From: the human T2T-CHM13v2.0 reference genome, Homo sapiens
Reading direction: 5' to 3' (one strand)
NCBI RefSeq assembly: GCF_009914755.1
Contig: NC_060927.1
DNA length: 64,000 nt
The first letter of the stretch is position 1, and every line of letters begins with the position of its first letter. Below the pieces are notes generated by a model, which ran no database searches, was not told the origin of the DNA, and worked only from the letters and a program-made list of their open reading frames with translations. Both the position numbers and the translations under genes were made by a program. Shown here piece after piece: positions 14,913-29,122 of this stretch.

Positions 14913-16694
14913 TTATTTCATATAATTATGGATTAATTTTTGATGACTGGTATCAAAATCTTTTTATACAATAGTATAAAAATGTACCTGCTACTTAATA
15001 TATTTTATGATTCTTTCAAAAAAGTTCCAAAACTAAACATTTCCATTGCCTTTTATATCATACATAAACTAAACTCAAATGAAATTTCTGATGCCAAAGG
15101 TAGAATTGCTAGTTACACGAAAAATGTTCACGGTCTATAAACTCATTTCTCAGACTTTCAAAGAGGTTTCCCATGATGCCTTAAATACTTTCTATTCTTC
15201 TCCCTTACTAAACACATTCAGCAATCACAAAATCAAGATTGCAGGTATCTAGTTTCTTTATTTTCCAGCTTTATGTGCTTCGTTGGGTTACAAACTACCA
15301 CAATTGTCAAACCTGAGTACTCTACAGTATTATCTTCTCTGCTGGCCAGATTTTCCTCAAGTGTTTCTTTTCTTTCCTGTCTCTGTTTAATTAAATCTAA
15401 TAAAACATTTGTAAAGGTCATGTGGGAAATGCACATTTCAAGCAAGCAGCAGAACTTACAAACTAGAGGCTCAGAATAAAACTTTTTTTTTTTTCCTCTA
15501 AAAAGTTACATCAAGCTCAGTAGGTAATTATTTAGTTTTTGGATGACAGTAAAATATCTGGAAAAAACGTAAAATTGACTGGATCTTTGAATTCCATTCT
15601 GATTTTTCATTATATCATTCTCCTTTGATTCATCTTTTATGACTATATTCCTTATGCTATATTTGAAACTTCCTGAACAAATATAATTTCAGCAAGATTA
15701 AATATTTACATCCAAGTAATACTTCTAAGAAAAGTTTTATCAAATGGCTAAAATACAGTTTATTCAATAGCTTTGGTTCTTAGTGGCTACTTTTAAATAG
15801 GGTAGCTTCCAGGAAAATGACATTAACTCATATTTTTTACCTCAACTAAACCCCTGTGTTTTCTAAACATTCAAGGAATAGAGAGCATTTTTGCCCTTCC
15901 ATTTAACTTCAGCAAATACTATAACCAGCCATCCATTTTTTTAATATTCATGTAACTAAAATAAATATGATGCCTGAGAGAGTAATTTACTTAGGCTTGC
16001 ACAAAGATACCACTGTAGTGTTTGGAAATTAGAGAAAAATTAGAGTAAGTGATTTCTAATTACGGTAGTAAACTCACTCACGTATACACACACACAATGA
16101 AGGCACATGTAGCCTGCAGCAAAGCACTAACAGAATTGTTTAAAATGAGATCCCTTCCAACATGCTTTGCTGAGCCAGATTTATAAAATCGTGGATAAAT
16201 ATAAGCTGGACAAAAGAGAAAAACAAGGAAAAGATACTCAAATTACTTCTAATTGAATTATTTTAAGGTAAAAAGTCAGATTTTATTTAATCACAGCATA
16301 AGTGCTGCCCTCCATCCCCATTTGGAAGATAAGATACAACATATGTCCTCTAAAGCACAATATTGAGTCACGTCTTCTGATTGCTTTGCTGTGTTAATAA
16401 TTCTCTCTGTACCTCAGTTTCTTTGCTGTAACAAGGGTCTTATAACAATGACAACTTCAATGCCTGAATATTCCATTTTAACACTTACATATTAGGTGAT
16501 GTTTGACCCACAGCAGATGAAATTTGTCTCTAAGTAACTTGCCCCAATATGTCTTTTGTTTCAAGTAAACACATAGGGATCAATATTCTCAAAATTACAG
16601 TTTTTGACACATTCTCATGATGGGAGTTTTTAATTATTTTATAGGCTCACAAGGATCTAAGGAGCCTTAGTAACACTTAGAATAACTCCTCAAC

Positions 16695-17223
16695 CTGGAG
16701 GTTTCTAAACTTTCTCATTTTGCAGCAATTTTAGTGTCTTAGTAATATTTACACGGTACCCCTAGGCCAAAAGAAATATGTGAGTTCTGTTTGTTAATTA
16801 GTTAGGTGTAAACAACTTAATTTTTATATCCTTAATAGTTATATCCTAACAACTCAGTGGCAACATGATTCATTAATATATATTAACTGAAGGTAAAACA
16901 TTATTTCTATTTCATTTTTAAATTATCACAGTGACTTACTAAGGGAATCCATGTTCCTGTTGGACTCAAAACAATTTCCTAAACTTTGGAATAATGTTAG
17001 ACATCCCCACCCTCACTTCCCTTTCCTCACTGACTTTTGTGTTATACTTGCATCATATCACAGCAACCACTGAAAGTGAAGCTTTACAAAAATATGACAT
17101 AATGAAAAGGAATGTAGCACAATCTAATGTTGAAACTGTGACTAGCCCCAAGCAAGCAGCCTGCAAGGCTGTCTAGCCTTCGAAACACTTAGAAATCTGG
17201 TGATGCCCCTGTGAGTTCACTGG
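16695..17223. mobile_element. hAT-Charlie DNA transposon fossil (MER119-like)
   Basis: cccctaggccaaaagaaata, aaggaatgtagcacaatctaatgttgaaactgtga and gcccctgtgagttcactg match recalled MER119 consensus. Confidence 0.65.
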
Positions 17224-17696
17224 AATGCTTAAGACTGACTTTTAACTTTTATTGTAAAAAGTCAAGGTTTTTTATCGTTACCAACAGATGTTTTTGTGTT
17301 TACTACAAATGGAACATCATTGTGAAAAGGTATGACAAGTTATTTCATCAAACAAAGGAAAAAAACTTTATAAAATTTCTCCTTCCTACAAAACACAGTA
17401 CAGTAACATAAATGTGGATGCAACACTATAGGCAACTGACTGCTTATCCTTCTTGCTGGCTCTGTTCTTAAAATGGCTGGAGGAAGCAGGTGATATAGGA
17501 GATGGAAACTAAAGTTCTTACTTTCTTGTAGGGAGTGGGGACAGGGCATGAAAGAAAAAACAAAGCTACATGGAAAATGCAGGTAATTCCACCCCCAAAA
17601 ATAGGGAGGAAGAAGATGGGTTCTCTTGTCTCCAATGTTCTTCCATATCCATCTCCCCAATTCTGGCCAATAAATATCACCTAAACAGGGAGGTGA

Positions 17697-17742
17697 TTTC
17701 TTAAGCTTCTGATGCATGTTAAGAAATCAGAAGCTTAAGAAA
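17697..17742. repeat. Perfect 17-bp inverted repeat with 12-nt loop
   Basis: tttcttaagcttctgat (17697-17713) / atcagaagcttaagaaa (17726-17742). Confidence 0.95.
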
Positions 17743-18123
17743 GATCATTCTGGATTCAGAATCATCTCTGTTAAAACTGAAGCCTGCGTGAGGAAACATT
17801 ACTTGCGGTGCCAAACCAAACAAAAACTTGAATTTACCTAAATTTTGCAATCTGTTCTCAAATTCTGTTTACCCTGCTGCATAGATTCAGCCTGACCATT
17901 TAATTAACCCACATGTTATAAAATTGAGTATCTTCGATTAACTCATTGAGTTATGGTGGTAAGAGGGTTAGCTTCATCATTTATTAAATGTCTACTGTAT
18001 GCCAATTCCATACTGGCACATGCTAAATACTACTGGTGTGACACAGATAATTCATTCTTCCATAATTCAAAGGAGGGAATATTTTTGTGGTTTTTCACAA
18101 GTAGGTAAGAACCTGAGTTTATT

Positions 18124-18472
18124 GGCCAGGCATAATGGATCAGGTCTGAAATCCCAGCAATTTGGGAGGCCCAGGCATGTGGTTCACTTGAGCTCAGGTA
18201 TATGAAATGAGCTTGGAAAACATGGCGAGAACCTGTCTCTCTAAAAAAGAAAAAAAATTATCCACGTCTAGTGGCACATGCCCATAGTCCCAGTACTCAA
18301 GAGGCTGAGGTGAGAGGATCTGCTTGAGCCCAGGAGATAGAGGCTGCAGTGAGCCGTGATCACACCACTGCATTGAAGACTGGGTGAGAGAGTGAGACTA
18401 TGTCTCAGGAAACAAACAAACAAAAAAAAGTGAAAGAAAGAAAGAAAAGAAGAAAATGAAATGAAAAAGAAA
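18124..18472 (+). mobile_element. AluJ
   Basis: Diverged Alu with J-type gagcccaggag..gaggctgcagtgagccgtgatc; 17-bp TSD aagaacctgagtttatt at 18107-18123 and 18473-18489. Confidence 0.92.
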
Positions 18473-19128
18473 AAGAACCTGAGTTTATTTATCCAGAGTC
18501 CTAGAGGTGAACCAGATCATTGTCCCCACCTGCTGTATAGGGGCTTCCTTTACAAATATGATATTCCTCCTCATTTTCACACTTATTATATTTTATAATA
18601 TAATAGTAATAATGAGAAGATAAAGGTATGTTTAAAATGATAAAGTTTGAGTGGGAGAAGAAGAAAAAGGATTGACACTCTACAGTGATCTAATTGTAAA
18701 TATGTAAAAGGGAGACAACTAAGAGGTAACCTTGGAAAAACTAAATATTTTGCATTATACTTAGCTTTTCAATAACTGGAAGTTCCTGGCCAACAGAGTG
18801 ACATATTTAAAACAATCTATATGTCAGAGGAATTTGTTCACAGTGGTTAATGCATCCTCTGCCTTTAGGAACACTTATGCAATGGTAAAAAGTGATAAAT
18901 GATTTTCGTCATTGGAGTAAGTGTTATGGCTAAACATAATCTCTCAAAATAATCATGTAATAAGCCTGGTTTCAAAAAGATGGATGCATGACTGCAGGGG
19001 CCAATCTAAGACCTTCAACAAAAGCATTCCTCAAGCAGAAGGCAATCTGTATTATTTATCCTGTGATCCACAGTCTCTCTCCATCAGGTGATCCAATTTA
19101 ACCTTAACTTCAAGTTTATCATCTGTGG

Positions 19129-19496
19129 TGATATAGTTTGGCTGTGTCCCCACCAAAATGTCAACTTCAGTTGTATCTCCCAGAATTCCCACATGTTGTG
19201 GGAGGGACCTGGGGGGTGTGGGGGCATAATTGAATCATGGGGAACAGTCTTTCTCATGCTATTCTCATGATAGTGAATAAGTCTCACGAGATCTGATGGG
19301 TTTATCAAGAGTTTTGCTTTTGCTTCTTCCTCATTTTCTCTTGCTGCTACCATGTAAGAAGAGCCTTTCGCCTCTAGCCATGATTCTGAGAACTTCCCAG
19401 CCATGTGGAACTGTAAGTCCAATTAAACTTCTTTCTTTTGTAAATTGCCCAGTCTTGAGTATGTCTTTACCAACAGTGTGAAAACAAACTAATATA
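19129..19496 (+). mobile_element. THE1 (THE1C-like) MaLR LTR
   Basis: Starts tgatatagtttggctgtgtcccc, ends aactaatata; contains taattgaatca at 19227-19237. Confidence 0.9.
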
Positions 19497-19778
19497 GTAA
19501 ATTGGTACCGGGAGTGGAGCATTGCTGAAAAGATACCCATAAATGTGGAAGTTACTTTGGAACTGGGTAACAGGCAGAGGTTGGAACAGATTGGAGCGCT
19601 CAGAAAAAGACAGGAAAATGTGGGAAAGTTTGGAACTTTCTGTAGACTTGTTGAATGGCTTTGACTAAAAGCCTGATAGCAATATGAACAATAAGGTCCA
19701 GGCTGAGGCGGTCTCAGATGGCGATGAGGAACTTGTTGAGAACTGGAGCAAAGGTGACTCTTGTTTTGTTTTAGCAAA
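19497..19778 (+). mobile_element. THE1 internal sequence, truncated (no 3' LTR seen)
   Basis: gtaaattggtacc...ggaactgggtaacaggcagaggttggaacag...gagcaaaggtgactcttg directly after the LTR. Confidence 0.85.
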
Positions 19779-20524
19779 ACTCACACGGCACAAGCCTACC
19801 CAAACCCCAGAGGACATGCATAAGGTATTGCTTGAACTGGTGTTCTGCTTATGTTGGGGAATCACTGCAGGCTTTGTCTCCAGTTCTCTGTCTCCCAGCA
19901 TAACCATCTGCCCCATCTCCTCCTTATTTCCATCCCATTTTCTCCTACATGGATTTTCCCTCATGGCTTAGAAGGTGATAATGCATTTAGTCTGCCTACC
20001 CAACATTTTGCTTTGACTTTTTCTCCTTCAATTCTCTATTATTTAGCCCATAGGTTCTCTCTCCAACCTTCACCACCATTCATCTACTAGTAAATACAAT
20101 GTCTCAGGAGTAGATGTACTAGTTTCATCAATGTACTAATGTACCACTAATGTTGGCATTCAGAAAAACAGACAGTACTTGAAACAAATGTATTCACATC
20201 AGCACCCTGCTTCTCAAGATCACCGCCAGTGTGCCCGAGTGTTGTTCCCCACACATGCACCCACACATTGCCCTTTTAATAAAACTGTTACAATTCACTG
20301 CAATGGGCACATGCAGACTAATCTTTATCCTCCCTGAAATTTTTTATCTCCTTATTTGTTTTCAAATTTAATGTAACTAAGCCTTGTAGATCATATTCTA
20401 TCGTTTCTACCTAAGAATATCAGCGTGCACCAATAATGGGCAAAATCATTTTGTGAGCTGATCACATTAAGAAGACCTATATTTTGGAGTTAGGGACACT
20501 GGAGATTGAAAATAGAGGTCAGGA

Positions 20525-20740
20525 ACATGGGCTTTGCTGTCAGGCCAGAGCTTATACTTTATTGCTTTCTAGTCACAGGAATTTGTATAAGTTTCATACC
20601 TCAAAATCCAGTTATTCATCCTGAAAATGGAAATCATAATATTTCTCCAAAAGATCACTATTAGAACTAAGTGAGACATATTTATGTAATGCCACCTTGC
20701 TGGGAACATGTTATGGGATTAATGAATAGGGGCTCTTATT
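20525..20740 (+). mobile_element. MIR fragment
   Basis: atgggctttgctgtcagg...cagttattcatcctgaaaatggaaatcataat. Confidence 0.5.
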
Positions 20741-22096
20741 TTGTTGATATCACTCTTATTTGTAACTGACAAGAAGCTATATATCTAATAAAAAATAAAA
20801 CCATTGTTCCAAGTCAATGAAAATGAACAATTTTACCTGTAATATAATCCCAGGGTAGAACTAGATTCTATTGCCAAATTCTATTATAACTGCATAACCT
20901 ATTTTTCTAAATTACTGCAGAAAGCTTCACAATTGAAATAAAAATTCAAATAAATATTAAGCTGTAGAGTGATGGCTTGCGGATAGCAGAGAATTTTCTA
21001 AATATAAACCATGGATGTTCACGATATTATTTTTTCTCTCTTAACAGATCCATGTACAAGTATATTTTTTCATTACAAATAACTCAAGAAAAAGAAATCA
21101 TTGAAGATAAATGAAACACTGTATTACATTTTATGCCAGGTGAGAAAATATAAACCCTAATGTTCTTTCTTTAAAGCCCTGAGATTTCATAATGCAATAT
21201 TACAAGATAACATCTACTGGGATTGCAGCATAAAATACAGGTTTCTGGTATTTGTTGTTTCTATTTCATGTAGTTAATAAAGTTACTTTTAAAGTTATTT
21301 TGCAACTAATAATACAGTTACATAAATGTCCTTGCACTTAAAGTATCACAAATAACGTATGATTCCAGGCCAGAAATTTAGTATACAGCAATGTGAGAAT
21401 CTTGTGCTTTTCCTTGGTTAGAGATCTATTTAAATCAGCAAATAGGAATAAAGTGTAGTGCCTACAACAGATAAGAAAAACACACTTCAAATAATAAGGC
21501 AAAATGCACTGGCAAATAAAAACAAATGAAGATGCTGAATGCAGCTAAGGAAATGCAATTGCTCCTTCAGGATATTTTTTTTTCATTTGTCCAGCCAAAA
21601 CGGTAAGAGAAAACAATTTATAAAGTTGTAAAATACTATAGTGTTTGTGAGGAACCAGTCAAAAATCCAATCTCTATCTTTCCCCTTCAGCTGAGATTGA
21701 AGGCAATCAACACATTCATTTCAAATTGATATTTTCAGAGTGCTGGAAAGAACCATGTAAGGTACTTGCCCTAACTCCAGTCACAGGAGTTGTACTCAGA
21801 TGTACTCAGAAGTTGTTCAGACACAATGCAAGGAGCCTGGTCACCATGGTCTCCTGTCACCATGGAAGATGGGGCTAGCCCCATGGGTGGGTACACAGAA
21901 AAGGAACCTTGGGCCTGTGAGGCTGTCTGAAATACTTGAAACAAGAAGGATCTAGGAAGGTAACTTATTTAACTGCTCCCCTCACTCCGAGGCAAAATAG
22001 AGAATCTGACCTAGAAAGAGAAAATCTGCAAAAGGCAGAAGCTTTCTTTGTCTAACTCAGTTCTGGCTCACTAGCCTCTAGAAGAGTGTCTGGCAA

Positions 22097-22417
22097 CAAA
22101 ACTCAACTCAAAATGGATTAAATACTGAAACATAAGACTCAAAACTATAAAACTGCTAAAAGAAAACATAGGGGAAATTTTTCAGAACATTGGAGTAGGC
22201 AAATATTTGATGGCTAAGACTTCAAAAGCACAGCCTCCAAAAAAAAAAAAAAAGACAAATGGACTATTTTAAGCCAAAAATCTTCTGTACAGCCAAGAAT
22301 ACAATCAAAAAGTGATGAAAAAAAATCTGTAGAAGGGAAGAAAATATTTGCATTCTATACATCCAACAAGAGACTAATATCCAGAATATACAAGAAACTC
22401 AACAACTAAACAGCAAT

Positions 22418-22448
<31 letters not shown>

Positions 22449-23451
22449 CCCCAACACAGACACTCACAGAACAAATAATCTGGTTAAAAAGTGGCAGAGG
22501 ATCTAAATAAACATTTCTCAAAAGAAGACATACAAATAAATGGCCAACAAATATCCAAAAAAAATGCTCAATACCACTAATCATCAGGGAAATACAAATC
22601 AAAACTATAATGAAATATCATCTCACCCCAGTTAGAATGGCTATTACCAAAAAGACAAAAATAGCAAATGCTGGTGTGGATGCAGTAAAAACGGATCCCT
22701 TGTACACTGTTGGTGGAAATGTAATTAGGACAGCCATTAGGGAAAAAAGTGTGGAGATTTCTCAAAAAACTAAAAATAAAACTACCATAAGATCCAGCAA
22801 TCCCACTACTGGTTATTTATTCAAAGGAAAGGAAATCAGTATATAAAAAGGACACCTACACTCCTTTGTTTATTGCAGCACTATTCACAATCGCTAAGAT
22901 ATGGAGTTAACCTAAATATTAATCAACAGATAAATGGATAAAGAAAATATGATAAATATATACACAATGGAATACTATCCAGCCATAAAAAGAATGAAAC
23001 CCTATCATTCACAGCATCCTGAAGGATATCATATTAAGTGAAATAAGTCAGGCACAGAAATAAATACTGTATGTTCTCGCTCACACGTGGGAGCTAAAAA
23101 ATACTGAGCTCTTGGAAGCAGAGTAGAATCGTGGGTATTAGAGGATATGGAGAAGAGGAGAATAGGAAGATGTTGTTTAAAAGATATAAAATTACAGCTA
23201 GATGGGAGGAATGATTTCTGTTGACCTGTGGTGCTATAGGTTGATATGGTTAACTATAATTTATTGTATGTTTTGAAACAGCTACAAGAGAAGATTTTTG
23301 ATGTTCATAACACAAAGAAATAATAAATGAGGAGACACGTGTTAATTATCCTGATTTGAGTATTATACACTGTATACATGTATAAAAATATCACTCTGTA
23401 TGCCGTAAGTATGTGCAATTATAATATGTCAACTAAAAAAATAAAAGAAAA
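22097..23451 (+). mobile_element. 5'-truncated L1MA (about L1MA5-7) 3' end with internal (CA)n
   Basis: ORF2 C-terminal peptide [11 protein letters not shown] (22610-22846), L1MA-type 3'UTR, A-rich tail. Confidence 0.85.
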
Positions 23452-23959
23452 TAATTTTTAAATGAATGCCTGGAATATAAAAAAGGTCTTGGTATTTGGA
23501 TATTAAATAAATGAATGAAAGAACAGAAACTTACAGGAATTTTCTTTCCTGTCATCAATTTGGCCAATTTTATGTGGCATTTGGAAAATATTCGACTTAA
23601 TAAAATTTTAAATTAATTCTTTTCTCTTTTTGATTGTCAACAGGTATTTTGCCAAAAAAATTGTTTAAAAAGAAGCCAGTTTAATTAGAAATATGAAGTA
23701 ACTATTGAATTGTTCTATTTGCAATGAAATAAATTGTAATCATGCAGGAAAAATTTCCTTAGAACAAACTATAGTGATAAATAAATTTATTTCACATTTT
23801 AATTATAATGCCTTTTATTTTTATAGAACATTAAAATGTCTAAAGTAGGGCTACATACATTATTTCATTGATTGTTACATTTCAATTGTTGAAAAACTGA
23901 TTACCTAATATTTTGTAAGTGAATGGATTGCATCCATATAGGATTCTAACATGATCCAG

Positions 23960-24750
23960 GGATTCAGGAAAGGCATTTCTTGAGACATTAGTTCTGAAGA
24001 ATACATACAAATCCATCATTTAGTGGGAGAGTGCACTGGATGGGATGGGGAGCAACTCTGAAAGAAGGAACATTTGCAGAATTTGAGATAAAAATGACCA
24101 TAGAGCTTATGAGAAATTGAAAGAAAACTGTTATGACTAAAAGGAAAAGAATTAAGGAGAAAAGTCACCGCAAAAAGAAGTGACATGGGTTTTCAGGACA
24201 GCACACAGGGTCTTGTGGGCCAGATTAAGGAAGTGAGCCTTAATCCTAAGAGCAACAGAAGACACTAAAAAGTGTAAAGCAAGGGTATTACCTGGTTATA
24301 TGGGTGTCTTTCAAAGGTCCATCTCATTGAAGTGCAGAAAACATATTATGGGCAATAAGAGGAAGGCAACATAAAGCCAGACAGAAAATATTTAAGATGA
24401 TATTGCTGGGAAGAGATGATTATGTATTTGGCTAGAATCCTGGTGCTGGATGTAAAGAGAAGTAGAGAAATGAAGATTTCAGAGGTAAGATCAATAGGTG
24501 AGGGGAAAATGGTATGTGTGGAAAAAGAGGGGTAGAAGGTAAACTCTAGGTTATCAATGGAAACAACAGGGGATGGCAGAACCACTCCCTGCAAAGACAT
24601 CTCTGCAGAGAGCATACTTATGGAGAAAAGTTCACTGAAGTTTAATTTTGGAAATGTTAACCTTGAGGTGCCTGCAAGGCATCATAGCAGAGGTGTCAAG
24701 CAGGCAGCTTAGAAATAGCCCATGATGTTCACAAAAAAGGTTTGGTCTGC
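23960..24750 (-). mobile_element. L2 LINE fragment
   Basis: ORF 24346-24615 (STRILAKYIIISSQQY..LSGF) resembles decayed L2 ORF2; ttgaggtgcct...gtcaagcaggcag is typical antisense L2. Confidence 0.6.
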
Positions 24751-25928
24751 ATTTTAAAAGCTTTGTAGAGAGAATTAGTTTCCTTCTTTTTTAAGAACAT
24801 AAAATATGGAAGTACTGATTTTTTTCAGATGGAATGCAGCAGTTCAGCTCCCAGAAGGGAAATGTGGTCAATATTTATGCTGGCTTCTTGCCAGTGCTAT
24901 TAACTGGTGAGGTGTCCAATTCTCTGTGGAAAGGTATTTTTTTGGAACCAGATGATTTTCTTTTTCTGTCTTATAATTTCGTTGCCTAGCATACATTCTC
25001 ATATTTTCTGTGGTTTTAAAGTTGTTTCCTGATGAGGGAACATTAATATGTACTAGGGAAATGTTTCATTAAACAAAGTTAAAATTGATTTTCATGTTGC
25101 AAGACATCTTGGAGTCACCATTACTCTAATATGTGAGGGCGACCATGTAATAACACATTTTCCAAATATTTAAACACCAAACACTTTCTCCAAGATTATC
25201 TCTGACAACTAGTGTTTTATAAATTATTCTCTGGGCAAATATTTGTTAAACAGTAGCCTTGCTTGGAGCAGTATCTTTTATTCAATAGTTTTATCCTGGT
25301 TCAAAAACCCAACCTGGCCTTAATGACCCTTTCCCAAGAAATTTAATACAATTTTCCTGTACATAAAATGCTCATTTTCTTTTCTGGATATTAAAGCTGA
25401 AGCAAACCGGATGTTCCACTTATAACTCTGTGGCAGCAGTCATGTGGGAGAAGTTTATCACCTGTGTAGGTCACTGTCATCTTTCATTCTTGTGGTAGCA
25501 TTGGGTCTATGTGAGGGTGTGTTCGGAGGTAGGATTAAAGCAGTGGCCAGGAGAAGGATGAACAGTACTTAGTCTACTTTTTCAGATTGTGATCAACTCT
25601 ACGTAGAACCGCAGTAGCGTGCAGAAATGGAGTTAAGGATAGGGAGGGGAAAGAGTTCGCATCTTACTTTATTTACTGCTTCTATCATTATCCAAATTAA
25701 CATCCTTATTGCCTAAGATTCTGAACATAGTAATCCATATATAAAACTTCTGATCTCAATCTATATTCTGAAAAATGAGACCAATCAAAACACCGAATTC
25801 CACTTGTAAAAACAAGTTGTTTCATACTTTCCTGCCGCTGGTGGTTGACAGTTTCTCCATTCATACGCCTTTAAGTTATAATACAATGAATATACAAGAC
25901 ATCTCTTTATATTACAGACCTCTTTATA

Positions 25929-25962
25929 TTAGATTGGTGCAAAAGTAATTGTGATAACCTAA
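25929..25962. mobile_element. Internally deleted MADE1 (Hsmar1 MITE) remnant
   Basis: ttagattggtgcaaaagtaattg left TIR joined to terminal acctaa, TA flanks. Confidence 0.7.
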
Positions 25963-26586
25963 TAATAACTTTATGTTTTTCTTCTCCTCAGTGATTAAAA
26001 ATGTATGTATGCCCAGAATTCTAGAGATATAAATTAAAAGCAACAACTTGTAAATTAAAATAATGGCCCTGGTGATGACACTGATCAAAATAAAAAGAAA
26101 AATTCAGAGCAGAAATACAAGAACTAACTCAGAGCAATTTTAGAATGGCTACTAATATTAATGTTATTTTATGTTAGATATTATTATAGGTACAAAATGT
26201 CATGAAGACATTAGTACAAAAGCGACTAAGTATTACATTAAATATTCATTTAATTGCGGGCAAAGTATTCTGCACAATGCTTTGGAATATAATAAAAGGT
26301 AGTTATCATCATTTCCTACTTAACCCTTCTAATTCAATCTAATACAACTGGCCCACAAATCATTTTATAATCTTCAGTAAAGAATGAACAAAATTTCATT
26401 AGCCAGGATAAAAAAAATCAAGGTAAGTTTAAACTATTTCAGATATGAGATACAAATTTCTCCTTCTGTGTCTCCTTCATTCGCTAAAAACTGAAATTGG
26501 CATCATTGTATGTGTAAAAAACTATAGATATTTTTACAATACAAATGGAAAAAAAAAGAAAGAAAAATCCCTGAGCTCTTCCATAG

Positions 26587-27035
<449 letters not shown>

Positions 27036-27354
27036 TAATTCTTTGTTATATGTTCAAAGGTAATAATTTCTATTCTTATTATAAATATATTTGTAGACAA
27101 ATGATATGAGACTGTGAAATATCCTCAGAAGCTACTGAACATAGGAAGATGCATATATTCATGTATTTAGCAGATAAAAATACGTTAGCACTTAGGTTTA
27201 CATCATTCCATTCAGTTACATTTGTATCTTAATAATTGGCAGCATAATTAATATTAAAGTTGACACTAGAATCAGAAAGCACAATGCCTGGAAGATTGAA
27301 AAATTTCAGAGAGTGAACACAGTATGAAGAGAAGAGATCTATGATGAAGAGACA

Positions 27355-27530
27355 GCTTTGGAGCTTAGAATTGCAAATTAATATCTTATGTAACTTTGGT
27401 GATTAATAGACTCTGACCCTAAGTTTCTTTATCTGCAAAATGGGTTTAAGGATAATTAGATTTGAAGTTGTAGCAAGGATTAAAAATTAAATAATATGCA
27501 TCAAATGAATGCCACATATTGGTATGTGTC
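27355..27530 (+). mobile_element. MIR fragment
   Basis: gctttggag...aagtttctttatctgcaaaatggg...aaggattaaa. Confidence 0.5.
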
Positions 27531-27689
27531 TACTCAAAAATCAATTATTGAGTACTTACTGTGTACCCAGGCACAGTACTAATGATGGGGAAACACAAAT
27601 GAGCAAGACAGATACATTTCCTAGACATAACGTGCCAGAGCGTACAGTAAGTAGCTAAGTAAAAATATGCTTTTAAAAAATCTAATATC

Positions 27690-28216
27690 AGAAAAAAAAC
27701 TGAAGAACATCCCTCAGAGTAACTGGCTTGTACTCTTCACAGATGTCCAAACAAGAAAGATAAAGAAAGGTTGAAGAATTGTTTCACAATAAAAGACTCA
27801 ACATGAAAACTAAATGCAGTATATGAGTCTAGATTGGATTCTGGACATGGGAGAAATAACTAAAAAGGACATTACCAGAACAACTGACAAATTTAAATAT
27901 AAACTGCAGATTTGGCAATGTTATATCAACATTAAATTTCCTGATGTTGATAACTTCTGTGGTAAGAGGATATCCTTATTTTTAGAAAAGACACACTGAA
28001 GTATTTAGGGATAAAAGGGCAAAATATTTCCAACAACACTTAAGTAGCTCAAAAATATGGAAGAAAGAAGGGAGGAAGGAATGGAAGAAGAAGAGATAAC
28101 AATAAAGCAAATGGGAAACCTGCAAATAATTAGTGAATCCAGGTAAAGTGTAGATAAGAGTTCTTTGTACTATTCTTGTAAATTTTCTGTAAGTTTGAAA
28201 TTATAGAAAATGAAAA
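27690..28216 (+). mobile_element. Old L1 (L1MC4-like) 3'UTR
   Basis: cacactgaagtatttaggg; gagttctttgtactattcttgtaaattttctgtaagtttgaaatt. Confidence 0.7.
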
Positions 28217-28801
28217 TACACTTTGAGGGAATGTAGAAAAGTTTACAAGTATTCATTTTCTTCTTTCCTAGATCTTTACTCCTTGTCTCTCTAGAGTAAA
28301 TTTTGCAAATCTTATTTTGAATTTCAGCAATAGATACAGAGACATTTTTGTAGGTTCTCCATACTGAGTAGTGCAGTTCTATCTCAATGGATTTGATGAA
28401 ACCAATAATGTATAGTATAGGACTTTAGGTAGAATGATGTTACAGGCTTGAATGAGCTGAAAAACATCCCCTAACATCTAGCACAGCTTTTAAAGCTTGT
28501 ATTTTGTTTGGAAAACAAACTGAACTGGTAGTAAATTTTAAAAAGCATGTAGACATTTTAAAGCTAAGGAACTAACTTCACCTTCATTTCCTACCATACC
28601 TGAAAGAGAAACTTTAGGCTGGTAAAGACGCATTTGTGGCTTTCATTTTAATTACCCTAACATTTCTTGGACTGGTTTGGATTCATCACATCCAGCAGAG
28701 GCTTTATAATCAGAAATTGTTCACTGTATTCATTTCCTGATTAATTGTGTCCCTATAAACCTATTGTAAACCTATTGGTGTCAACTAGCAGGTTTACTTC
28801 T

Positions 28802-29122
<321 letters not shown>

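Noticed and set aside
21791-21865. Short direct repeats tgtactcaga x2 and gtcaccatgg x2
   Set aside because: Ordinary micro-duplications; not an array
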